A stretch of 64,000 nucleotides of DNA, taken from the NCBI GenBank assembly GCA_964016885.1, contig OZ024746.1:55180001-55244000 (forward strand), written 5' to 3'. Position numbers and translations under genes: made by a program. Positions 14,597 through 26,184 of the stretch are shown here, piece by piece. The notes under the pieces are model-generated. The model ran no database searches. It saw only the letters and a program-made list of their open reading frames with translations, and was not told the DNA's origin. Position 1 is the first letter of the stretch. Each line of letters opens with the position of its first letter. The stretch is from Eledone cirrhosa. Its lineage: Eukaryota.

Positions 14597-17006
14597 CTAG
14601 AAAAAGAAATTGAGAAGGCGTATGTCTTCATAGCGCCACATATGGCGATGCTAAGCCGTGCCCTCGGGGAGGAGAAAACCGAAGAGAGGGATCAGGAGAA
14701 AGAGAGGGAAAAGGAAAAGGAAAAAGAAAAGGAGGAGAGCACAAGCACGGACCTGAAAGAAAATGATATACCCTCCGCCACAGGCAGGGAGGGCAGGCCG
14801 GGCAACCAACAAGCTAAGGGCAAAGGTGAAAAGCAAAATCACCTTCCGAAGGAGAACCAAGCGCAGAGGGACCAGTGGACAACTGTTCAAAGGAAGAACA
14901 GAAAGCACCGAGACACTGGGTGCAAAAAAAACCCAGGTAATGTGCAAGTTTTTCAAGAACGGGACATGCTGGCATGGAGAGACAGGGATGGGATGCAGAT
15001 TCGCCCACCCTAGGTCTCAAACGAACTATGCCCATCATCCTCGCGCAACATGGCCCAGCCAAAGCCGAAATAAGCCGCTCCAGAAGTATGCTGATGTCGC
15101 GTTTGCCGCACCAACAAGGAGAAGGCACGCACATGCCGACGAGATACAGATGGCAGCAGCAGATCAGAAACATTTTTTAGTGATGGCAGAGAAGATTGTG
15201 GGACACCTGACCTAGCTGCATCGTCTCCAGAGCCAGGGTCATCCACACCAGCACTCGAGACCACCACAGTTAAAGGACCCAGAGTGGCCGCCGTTGACAC
15301 TAGACCAGGTGTCATACCGACAGCCATTACTTGCACCCCAAAAGTCACACCAGTGCTGCTGCTGAATGTCAGAGGCCTGGTGAAACTCAGTAACATGAGT
15401 AACATTTCCTACCTGGGAGACTTAGCCATAAGCCATCAAGCACTATGCATGGCACTAACCGAAACGCACCTGACAAGCAGTATAGTAGATGCAGAAATAC
15501 ATATACCGAAATATACTGTATTTCGTTCGGACAGGAAGGAGAGAAGTCATGGTGGGTTTGCTCTGTATATCCGTGAAGATGTCACACCAATTGTACTGTT
15601 GACACATTCAAACTCAGTCTGTGACACACTGATAATACATATGAAGCAACTACAGACAGTAATATGTGTCACATATCGGCCGCCCGATGCCCCCAGTCAT
15701 GAGGGTAAATTTGAGGATAGCCTAAGTAAGATAGAAGAGGTCCTTGACAAACTGGACCAGGGTCTCAACATCCTACAGCTGGGAGACTTCAACCTACCAA
15801 AGGTCAAATTGCGTGAGGGCCACCTCCTCCCTGGAATGACGTCAATAGAACAGAGAAAGACGGAATCCCTGCTGGCCCTCACACACAGGTTGTTCATGGA
15901 GCAAGCAATACTCCTCCCAACAAGAGGCGAAAATGTCCTGGACCTCTGTTTTACAAACAACGAAGTGCTCATCCACAATGTAAAGGTGACACCAACAATT
16001 CTCTCGGATCATAACTTAGTAGATCTAATGATATGTGGTCCAAGAGAACCAACAGAGACAAAACCACCAAGAAGCTCCGGGACGCTATCTAGCCTTAACT
16101 TCTACAAGGTTAACTGGAAAAAAATTAAGAGTGAAATCCGAAAGCAAACATGAAGTGAAAACACCGCCACAAAAGACACTAACACACAATTTCAACACTT
16201 CATGACAACGATACATACCATATGCAAAAAGTTTGTCCCGGAGAAAGAGGCAAACAGACACAAAAATCTTATTCCCAGAGATAGGAAAATCCTTATGAGA
16301 CGTAGAACTAAACTCTCAAACCAGTTGAATAGTCAACAAAACAAAAACAAGAAGGAATCCTATTTGAAACGTGCACTACTTGACACCGAGATTGCACTCA
16401 AACTTTCACATAAGAATGAGAGGGCAAAGAAAGAGAACAGGGCCACAGAAAACATTAAAAGAAACCCTAAGGCCTTCTTTAAATTTGCAAAAGAAACTGC
16501 CTCAGTACACTGCAAGATTGGGCCACTCTTCCACACGGACGGTTCATTAACCGAAAACCCCCAAGAGATATGTGAAATACTGAACGAACAGTACAAAAGT
16601 GTCTTCACATGTCCACTGAGGCACATGAAAATAACGAAGCCAGAGGAGTTCTTTGATGCCACAACACTACATCAAGAAATGGCAACCATCAACCACATAG
16701 ACATAACAGAGGAGGATGTGGTGTACGCCATTGATGAAATTAGAACAGACTCGGCTGCTGGACCTGATGGATTCCCAGCAGTTCTCTTAAAAATATATAA
16801 GCGGGCCTTAGCAACTCCACTGAAGATGCTCTTCAGAAGCTCCTTGGCTAGCGGTGTACTACCCAGGGAGCTGAAAGAAGGCACAATATGCCCTATCCAT
16901 AAAGGAGGTAGTACAGCGGAGGCCATGAACTATAGGCCAGTCTCCCTGATGTCGCATATCACTAAGGTCATGGAGCGAGTCGTCAGAAAGAAACTAATCA
17001 CTTTCC
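14597..17006 (+). mobile_element. CR1/L2-group LINE, 3'-truncated
   Basis: ORF1 remnant with CCCH finger CKFFKNGTCWHGETGMGCRFAH; APE endonuclease; RT start (SAAGPDG, PIHKGG, NYRPVSLMS, KVMERVV); breaks off at ~17006. Confidence 0.9.
15284..17006 (+). pseudogene. ORF2 (APE endonuclease + N-terminal RT) with an in-frame stop at 16151
   Basis: LLNVRGL, LTETHL, DRKERSHGG, YRPP, GDFNLP, PTRGENVLDL, SDHNLV; ORFs 15284-16153 and 16202-17047 are in the same frame. Confidence 0.9.
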
Positions 17007-17332
17007 TTACCTCTTTTACTTCCGCATCTAAGTGTACGTGTGTGTAGGTGTGCCTTCATATTCTTATGATGTATCTATTATGTCTGTAGATTACAGACAT
17101 ACAGATACATTTGCCCTAAATTATATATTTACGCACACGTTTTCACTATACGTATACATATGTGCATACACATATATGCACATCTGTGAGCGTATATACA
17201 TACATATACACACACCTAACTATATTTCTTGAAAGATTATTATATATTTCATATTCTAATTCATTTGTCTATATCTTTTTTGTTTTTTTGCTTTTCTTGA
17301 TGAGACTTTCCAAGTATTTACCCATGTTTTAT

Positions 17333-17410
17333 ATTGCCTCGTCTGACGAACGAATGAAGACGTTTCTTTCGTATTCGCCTCATTCGGGAAACCTCTGGTA
17401 ATGAGGTAAT
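17333..17410 (+). ncRNA. Type I hammerhead ribozyme (canonical core) in a PLE-like tail (~17007-17512)
   Basis: attgcctcgt-CTGACGA-a cgaatga...tcattcg g-GAAA-cc tct gg-T-A-atgaggtaat; 10-bp stem I with two G-U pairs; GUA triplet. Confidence 0.75.
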
Positions 17411-17510
17411 TATATTGTATTGATTTTTATACATTAAATTTTGCTCTGATACTTACATAGAGTACTCTTCACTTCTCTGACCTTTTCTGTTTTCAACGGA
17501 AATTTCAATA

Positions 17511-17685
<175 letters not shown>

Positions 17686-17856
17686 TTATATGTATATATA
17701 TGTGTAAAATGGTCCAATAACTTTATGTTAGCAATATTGAGTTCTCGACGCCTTTGTATTTCTCCAATTCCATTCGAGGGAACAGCTAGATGATGTAAAA
17801 CCGAGTATAAGTATCAAAATCTCAACTGAAAGCAAGGTAAAATTCCAATTATTTAA

Positions 17857-17930
17857 TCACGACACAAGTTTCAATAAGAGATAGATCGATTGTGAAGCCA
17901 TGATCGATTATCACTGATCTCATCAGCTGA
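17857..17930 (-). ncRNA. Degenerate hammerhead motif
   Basis: Minus: tcag-CTGATGA-long imperfect stem II (atcgat/atcgat)-GAAA-cttgtg-T-C-gtga. Confidence 0.45.
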
Positions 17931-18711
17931 AAATGAATTGTCTTCAAATTCTTGATATGAGGGAGAACAAATTACGATGTTCTCTCATAGAATCCATTCC
18001 CTCATATGGAGACACACTAGTCAGACAGAGACATGGCGACTGCTATTAGCTTTAGTTGAGGTCATAACAGTTTTCAGATTTCTATCGCTGCAAAAGACGC
18101 TGGACATCAATCAAATCTGTAGGGATACAGTCAGTTACAGTTAAAAGTGAGTGGGTACACACACACTCCACACCCACATACATCGGCTCGAGGTCAAAGA
18201 AAAATATATACATATATATACACACATCAACACCATATTAAACTCGTACACACACACGTTTACACACGCCGAAGCGATGTCCGAGAAAAAACAAATGTAA
18301 GAATGTACTAACACAGCACTCACCGAAAGTTATTTCACAAAGCAACAGAAGCTATGTCGGTCAAATCTCAACTTGACGATGTAAATTGGAAATATTGGGT
18401 TAACCAACGCTACACACATACACAAACACACGCGCGCAAATAAGTTCAGTTCAGTGTTCTGCTATACGTGTATAGATCGAATTGTAACATCCATATCTTC
18501 AAGTGTGTGTGGTGGTATATACACATCCATCCGAATCCTCCAAAGGATGGGGCGGGGGATATGTCCGGGTATATACATATCCATGTGAAGAGCATGTGTC
18601 GTGATTATATGATTGGAATTTTACCTTGCCTTCGGATTTTCATTTTGCTATATATATGTATATATATGTATATATATATATATATATGTGTATATATATA
18701 TATATGTATAT

Positions 18712-18837
<126 letters not shown>

Positions 18838-18933
18838 GTATAGGTATATTTATAAAAATATATGTATATATATATATATATATGTATGTATATATATATA
18901 TATGATTATATATATATATGTATATATATATGC

Positions 18934-19004
<71 letters not shown>

Positions 19005-19007
<3 letters not shown>

Positions 19008-19089
19008 CGTTTCTGAATTTGTTTAGCAAGATTCATTATCTGAAATCGTGTGTTGAAACCGATTTGGCAACATGAACCTCCCAAAGTAT

Positions 19090-19094
<5 letters not shown>
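19005..19094 (-). mobile_element. ~90-bp miniature PLE insertion with 5' inversion
   Basis: 19005-19060 is the reverse complement of the 8985-9038 terminus; 19065-19094 matches 8950-8978 in the opposite relative orientation; (TA)n on both sides. Confidence 0.75.
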
Positions 19095-19128
<34 letters not shown>

Positions 19129-19156
19129 AATATATGTATATATATATATATATATA

Positions 19157-20033
19157 TAAGTATCCATACGTACATACGTATATGTATAAAGACGTACAGT
19201 AGTATGTATATATACATACATGCACACATATATATATATATGAATGGATTCACCGACCATTTATTATAATGCTCGTTTGTGTTTGTAAATAAACATCCCG
19301 TGTCTAGCAACCATCGTTGCTCATTTATTCAACACTGACAAAGGAACGCTGTACTAGTTTCAAGCTTATTAGATATCGTCAGCAACGTATACCTTCCTGC
19401 CAGATGGTTGAACGTCAGAAAGTATATACTTTCCTTATGCATATTAACGGCTGAGCAGTCTAATTTGCATATCGAGTGAGTTAATCGAGCGGGGTTCCGA
19501 AAACGATAAACGGAAAAAATGAAACGAAATTTCATTTCTCACTCATAGTACGGCTGTTACTTAAATATAAGTATCCATACGTACATACATATATGTATAC
19601 AGACGTACAGTAGTATGTATATATATATATACATACATGCACACATATATATATGTACGTATGGATTCACCGAACATTTATTATAATGCTCGGTGTGTTT
19701 GTAAACAAACATCCCGAATTAAGCAGTACAGTGTCTAGCAACCATCGTTGCTTGAAAATAGTACAGCATTCCTTTGTAAGTGTTGAACAAATGATCAACG
19801 ATGGTTGCTAGACACTGTACGGCTTAATTCGGGATGTTTGTTTACAAACACACCGAGCATTATAATAAATGTTCGGTCAATCCATACGTACATATATATA
19901 TTTGTGCATTTATGTATATATATATACATACTACTGTAGGTCTGTTTACATATATGTATGTACGTATGGTTACTTATATTTATAGTAACAGCCGTACTAA
20001 GAGTGAGAAATGAAATTTCGTTTCATTTTTTCC
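19157..20033. repeat. ~411-bp tandem unit plus fold-back; diverged relative of the 468-bp array
   Basis: taagtatccatacgtac at 19157 and 19568; ~19515-19750 is inverted against ~19796-20030; shares HHR context and the gaaatttcgtttc terminus with 54053-56742. Confidence 0.85.
19346..19388 (-). ncRNA. Minimal type I hammerhead (stem II decayed)
   Basis: Minus: acgttg-CTGACGA-tatctaataagctt-GAAA-ctag-T-A-cagcgt; palindromic ACTAGT stem III. Confidence 0.6.
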
Positions 20034-20062
20034 CTTTATATATATGTATATATATATATGTA

Positions 20063-20249
<187 letters not shown>

Positions 20250-20399
20250 GTATATATATATATGTATATATATGTATATATATATATCTATATGTATATG
20301 TAACTTTGAATAACTTTGAAATGTTTTGGCCAGTATTGGCCCAGGCCATGTCTAACTTAATAGCACCACCTGGCGAAGTCTTTCAATTCAGGATTTGGG

Positions 20400-23300
20400 C
20401 ACCATGGCCCATTCGAGAAGAGAATTACTGTTTGCGGAGACATATCCGGGTGTGGGTGGTTTGTCCGGGATTACTTGGAGGAATTTATCCAAAGACTTCT
20501 TGAATTTTGTGTGGTCAGTTTCTGTTTTGACGTGTCCTGGTGTGATGTTGAAGAGAGCAGGGCCGATTGAGGTGAAATAATTGTGCCGTATTGTTGTTAT
20601 GAGTTGCGATTTAGATTTTTGAATGGGACGGATAGCATGGGGCCAAGCCTTGGGTGTATCTTGAAGGTGATGCCAACATCATTTGGGCAGTGATGATGGA
20701 ACATTTTCCACATCATGCAGATAATATAACGCTCACGGCGACGTTGGAGTGAGTAAAGTTTCAGGTTTTCTAATCGACCCCAGTAGTCATGGTCTGACAT
20801 GCCATCTATCTTTTTCGTGATTGCCCTTTGAGGAGCTTCAAGTTTCATGATACTTTGTTTCGTGTGGGGAGACCACAGTGGACAACAGTATTCAAGGTGC
20901 GGTCGGGCAAAAGTAGAGAAGAGAAGGATAATGGTGCGGGAATCTCTCGACTGGAAGGTTCTGAGGATCCAGGAACACATTCTGCGGGCCATGTCAACTT
21001 TGCTGCTTATATGCGTGGTCCAGCTTATGTTGCTGTCCACGGTTACTCCCAAGTCTCTGATGTTGTTAGATGCCACGAAAGTTTCCCCGGAGGGAAGGGA
21101 GTACGGGAGTTTCAGAGCATCCTCTTTTCCAAAGTGGATCAGTTCGAATTTGTCTTCGTTCAGTAACATGTTGTTCTTTTCTGCCCATTGGGTAACAGCC
21201 AGTAGGTCTGACTGAAGGCTTATCCGGTCATCCACGCCATTGATGACCTTTTGGAGCTTGGAATCATCAGCGAAAATGTTAATGTTGCTGTGTTTGATGA
21301 TGTCAGTGATGTCATTAATATAGATGATGAAGAGAAGTGGACCCAACACAGTGCCTTGTGGGACCCCACTACTGACTTTGGCTGGGCTTGATTTGACTCC
21401 CTCAACTACAACATGTTGGGTTCTGTTTGACAGGAAGCTCTTGATCCACTGCAGCAGCTTTCCAGTGACACCAATATTGGACAGCTTTCTCAGTAGAATG
21501 TTATGATTAACCCTGTCAAAGGCCTTGCTGAAATCAAGGTAGATAACATCAGTGTTGGAACCCTCTCCCAAGGCTCTCAAAATGTCATCAAAGTGATGCA
21601 GTAGCTGCGTCAGGCAATCCCTTCCATTACGGAATCCATGCTGGTTGGAGTTCAGCATATTGTTACTCTCAAGGAAGTGGGTCATTCGCGATCTCACCAC
21701 TCTCTCAAATACCTTAATGATATGAGAGGTGAGTGAGATTGGACGGTAATTCACGGCAAGGGATTTGTTTCCCTTTTTGAAAACTGGGACAACAGACTGG
21801 GATAGAAGGTTTTCTGGCACATATCCAGCATCCAGTGAGTTCCGCCACAGATTGGCAAGAGGAGATGCAATTTGGTGTTGACACGCCTTCAAGACACAAG
21901 CAGGGAACCTATCGGGACCTACTGCTGAATTATGCTTGATTTCGTTTATTGCCGCCAAGACATCAGGGGCGCCAAACGTTATGTCCGATAAGGTGTAATG
22001 GGGAGTAACATCGCCGATACAGCCCAGATCGGCCATATCAGGATTGCTGAAAACAGAGCAGTATTGTTTCTGCAGTATCTCACCCATGGTGTTAGCATTG
22101 TCTTGAAGAGTGCCATTTTCATCAATTAGAGGGCCAACAGCAGAGCCAGTGATTTTGTGTTTTTTTGCAAATGAAAAGAACACTTTGGGATTGAGTTTGA
22201 TCTTCTCAATGGCCCAGGCCTCTTCAGCTCTTCTCTGATTGTTGATGAGGGAAATTATATTGTTTTGGAGGTTATGTTTTTTAATCTCTAGTGATGAAAT
22301 AGCAGTCAAGTTGATGTGTTGCTGCTGACGGTATTTCAGCTTGTTGATTTTTTTGTTCGTTCTCTTAATTTTTCTGATGAGCGTTTTTCTATTTCTAGGG
22401 ATTCTGCTCTTAGATTTGTTTATAGTTCTTAATGGGGTGTGTTTAGCACATATGTTTGTAACAGTGTCCACAAATGTCTGCCAGGACTTTTTGATGTTAG
22501 TGGGTGTATGAGTGTGCGTGAAGGACCAGTCGACATGTGCAAGATCATGACTGATCGCTTCCCAGTTTGCATTGTGGAAATCCATAGCGTCAAACGGATG
22601 GACAGGAGAGATGACATTGGGTTTGTATATTGGACGGTGGAATCTCAGATCACAGAGAACCATGTCATGATCAGAGAGTAGAGTTTTCTCCACTGCAATA
22701 TTGTGGATATTGTCAGTGTGATTGCTGAAAATTAAGTCTAGGACGTTTTTGTGGCACCTCGTTGGTTCGAGCACCAGTTGGGATAGGAAGAAATCATCGA
22801 TGAAGTCAAGAAGCGATTCCACAGCTTCCCTGTCAGAGGTTGAGGCAGAAGAACCTGGTGGCAGGCTGTTTGTGGACCAGTCAACTCCGGGGAGGTTGAA
22901 GTCCCCCATCATTAAGATGTTGTTTAGGGTGACACTCTTGGATGAAACACTTTATGCTGTTGAGGCATTCCTTGAAGCATGGTACAGGCGTTTGGGGTGG
23001 CCTATAGAGCCCAACTACTAATAGGTTGTTGGTTTGACTGAATACAGTGACTGCTTCACAGTATCCATTAGAGAATATGTTCATAGCCTCTGTTGAGAAA
23101 GAATTATGGACATAAATGGCAGTTCCGCCCTTTCTTCTGCCAGCGCGATCAGCACGGATGGCTTTGAAATTTTTCACTTTCACCTCGGCTTCCAAGTGGA
23201 GGTTACTGAGATGGGTTTCAGTGAGGACGAAGAAAGGGATGTGGTTTGGATGGACATCAATCCAGTCCTCCAGGAATTTGATCTTCCATTTTTGAGTATT

Positions 23301-23408
23301 GGTGGAAGGGCTGATGCCTTGGGCGTTAAGCAAAAATGTAGAGGCGAGAGTGGATGGTTTTAATTGTTTTGGTGTGTTGTTAATTTGTTTGTTTGTTAAT
23401 GGCAGCAA
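20400..23408 (-). pseudogene. LINE ORF2: APE endonuclease + reverse transcriptase; frameshifts at ~22910 and ~20640
   Basis: LNAQG, LTETHL, YRPP, GDFNLP, SDH; NYRPISLTS, QHGFR, YLDFSKAFD, GVPQGTVLGPLLF, FADD, RDLGV, RPHLEYCCPLWSP, LQRRRER. Confidence 0.95.
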
Positions 23409-24553
23409 TGGGAGTTTGTGCAGTGGGGTGATAGTGGAGGGTGGTGCTGGGTGATAGCTCGAATGTTTTTTTCCAGTTCTTTTGCCAGATTCATTATGGC
23501 TAAAAAAGAGGAAGAAGTTTCCTGTTTAGAAGACTGTTGGTGACTGTGGTAGTGGTTATTTTTATGTAGGTTATGGTTTTTGTTTTTGCTTTTATTTTTA
23601 ATTTTATTTTCATTTGTCCGACGGGTCCCCGGGAGATGGGTAAAGGGATAATCCCGGTCTAAACACAATCTGTCTCGCAGGGAAAAGCGGCAGATTTGTG
23701 GATTCCTTGTTTGAGTTATTGGTGGTTGTGTTGGTGTTAAATTAGAGTATGTATTATGGTGGTGGCTGTTTGTGGGGATAGATCGTTTTGTCCTAGGTAA
23801 ATGGGTGAATTTGCAGCCACTATCCGTACATATTCTATAGCGTAGAGAGTAGCGGCAAATGATGGGGTTTCGAGTGGGTGGGTATGTGGGTGTGTGTGTT
23901 GTGAGAGGTGTAGATGATGGTCTGGGTAGGATTTGACGACCTTTGTGGACTGTGGGAGGGAGAGTTCTTGTTCTGGTATTAGAAGGTAAATTCCTTGACA
24001 TAGCAGTAGACAAAAATGTTGTAGTAGTAGTAGTAGTAGTAGTAGTAGGCAGAGATGTTGGCAGTGGTGATGATTGGACTGCTGGGCCAGAGAAAGGATG
24101 TGGCGTTTCATGCTGTGAGACAGAGGCTACTGGGGGGTCAATAGTTTCATTTAGTAGATCGGCCATTGTTGATGAATCAAGGAGTGGTTCACACTGTTGT
24201 TGTCGTTGTTGTTGTTGTTGCTGTTGTTGATGTTGTTGTTGTAGCTGTTGTTGTTGTTGCCGTTGTAGCTGCTGTTGTTGTTCTTGCTGCTGCTGGACAG
24301 CATTCGAAGAAAAAACACACCGTAGTTTATCCAAATGTTTATTGATTAATTTAAAAGCAATTTCGATTTGCTTTAATTTATTTTGAATCTGTTGTTCAGA
24401 TCGAGTTTTCAAAAATTGAACTGTACGTTTAGCAATGTCGTTCAGAGATGAAGCATCTATGTCTTCTGTTTGGGTAAGGCAATGCCATGTGTTTATTAGA
24501 ATGTCGATTTCATTATCAGACCAGTTCTGTTTGGATTTTTGCTGGTTAGCCAT
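23396..24553 (-). CDS. LINE ORF1: Myb/SANT-like N-terminus, polyQ/polyT linker, two CCCH-like fingers
   Basis: NWSDNEIDILINTW...RSEQQIQNKLKQI; CRYSLRYRICTDSGCKFTH and CRFSLRDRLCLDRDYPFTH; open for 385 aa; overlaps the ORF2 start. Confidence 0.8.
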   Translation of the reverse strand: MANQQKSKQNWSDNEIDILINTWHCLTQTEDIDASSLNDIAKRTVQFLKTRSEQQIQNKLKQIEIAFKLINKHLDKLRCVFSSNAVQQQQEQQQQLQRQQQQQLQQQHQQQQQQQQRQQQCEPLLDSSTMADLLNETIDPPVASVSQHETPHPFSGPAVQSSPLPTSLPTTTTTTTTTTFLSTAMSRNLPSNTRTRTLPPTVHKGRQILPRPSSTPLTTHTPTYPPTRNPIICRYSLRYRICTDSGCKFTHLPRTKRSIPTNSHHHNTYSNLTPTQPPITQTRNPQICRFSLRDRLCLDRDYPFTHLPGTRRTNENKIKNKSKNKNHNLHKNNHYHSHQQSSKQETSSSFLAIMNLAKELEKNIRAITQHHPPLSPHCTNSHCCH

Positions 24554-24607
24554 TCTAGTTTTGAGTGTGTGTGTGTTTTAGTTAAGTATTTCAATATATA
24601 TATATTT

Positions 24608-24710
24608 TTTTTGATTTTATATTATTTATACTCCTGTCCTATAAACTGTTGAGTGCTACTTATCCGATATCTGCATTGCTTTATTGTGCTATAATAAAAC
24701 TCACCTCCTA
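24608..24710 (+). repeat. Tail fragment of the family at 53395-53820
   Basis: atactcc.gtcc...aaactgt.gagtgct.cttatccgatatctgcattgctttattgt.cta.aataaaactcacctccta matches ~53720-53820. Confidence 0.8.
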
Positions 24711-24731
24711 CATATATACATATATATATAT

Positions 24732-24809
<78 letters not shown>

Positions 24810-24812
24810 AAA

Positions 24813-25106
24813 TATTTCGTATCCCCAAAGAAATACAGTTTTAGGAAGCCGTAGCTATGCAAACACCGGGTGGGGGGGGGGGGGTTAACGCCCTCTGGTG
24901 ATGTCCAGCGGAAGCAAGAGGGACAACCATCTATGCATTTCAGGCTTAACTGGCCTTCGTCAAAGAAGGTCCCTCCCACGGCATGCGACTGCTAAACTAG
25001 AAGACAGCTGCGAATATATACTTTTCTCGTCTCAGAGCGCGTTAGCCCCCCGGTGTTTACAAATCTTCGGCTTCCTAAAACTGTATTTCTTTGGAGATAC
25101 GAAATA
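24813..25106. mobile_element. MITE-like or fold-back element with ~75-85-bp inverted arms in (TA)n
   Basis: tatttcgtatccccaaagaaatacagttttaggaagccg... / ...cggcttcctaaaactgtatttctttggagatacgaaata. Confidence 0.65.
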
Positions 25107-25166
25107 TGTATACATATTGTTTAAAGCTAAGCTTGAAGTGAAATCCTATTTCTATATATATATATG

Positions 25167-25241
<75 letters not shown>

Positions 25242-25284
25242 GTATATATACATGTATACATATATATATATATATATGTATATG

Positions 25285-25433
<149 letters not shown>

Positions 25434-25893
25434 GATAACAAATTATCGTTATAGGTAATTCAGTTAAATCTTCATGTTATTCTTCACTCTTTCACTATGT
25501 ATATATATATATATATATAATTATCCATATACATGTATAGGCACATATAAGTTTCTGCATGCAGAGGGTGTATTCGAAATACGTTTAAAACTCCAATTAT
25601 AGTTATTTCCATCGAATCTTTGTATAAGTAATTTAATCAAACAGAACTCTATCTGATGTGTCACGCATCTGTTTCGAAACTTGTTCTATGTGTGGCACTA
25701 AAAATAACAAAAATACCGCGATTCCATGTACATGGACATTTCTAGCGAATGAAACATTGGCTTTCACTTAACTCTGCGATTTATGATTGTCTATGAAAGT
25801 AATTTTGTATTTGAAAGATATTTGCTTCAAAGACATGGAATGGAATGGTATGGAATGGAATAAAGACATTCACAATAATGAAAAGCATGTCGA

Positions 25894-25925
<32 letters not shown>

Positions 25926-26184
25926 TTTCTTTATTAACCACAAGGGTTTACATAAAGTAGACATTAAGGACAGTGCTGGACAATGCAGGACGGTACAAAT
26001 GGGCATTTCTGCGTGTAAAAAACAAATACAGAGGATGTAACAAAAATAACAATGAAAATAACAATGAAAAATTCCCCAATAGGGGGGAGACTTCGGAGGG
26101 ACATTTGTGGAGAAAGCCCAGTAAAAAGCCACAATGACCCTGACCACCAAGGCAAGTGCCCTCTCCCAGTTTTCCACCTTTAAT

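Larger units (their letters stand above)
20301..24590 (-). mobile_element. Near full-length CR1/L2-group LINE
   Basis: ORF1 + APE-RT ORF2; 3' tail (TTCAAAGTTA)2 at 20301-20320. A related 3'-end fragment lies at ~36120-36170. Confidence 0.95.

Noticed and set aside
16151-16153. In-frame TGA as possible selenocysteine or read-through codon
   Set aside because: Falls where Trp is plausible (TGG>TGA) in a truncated copy; no SECIS seen.
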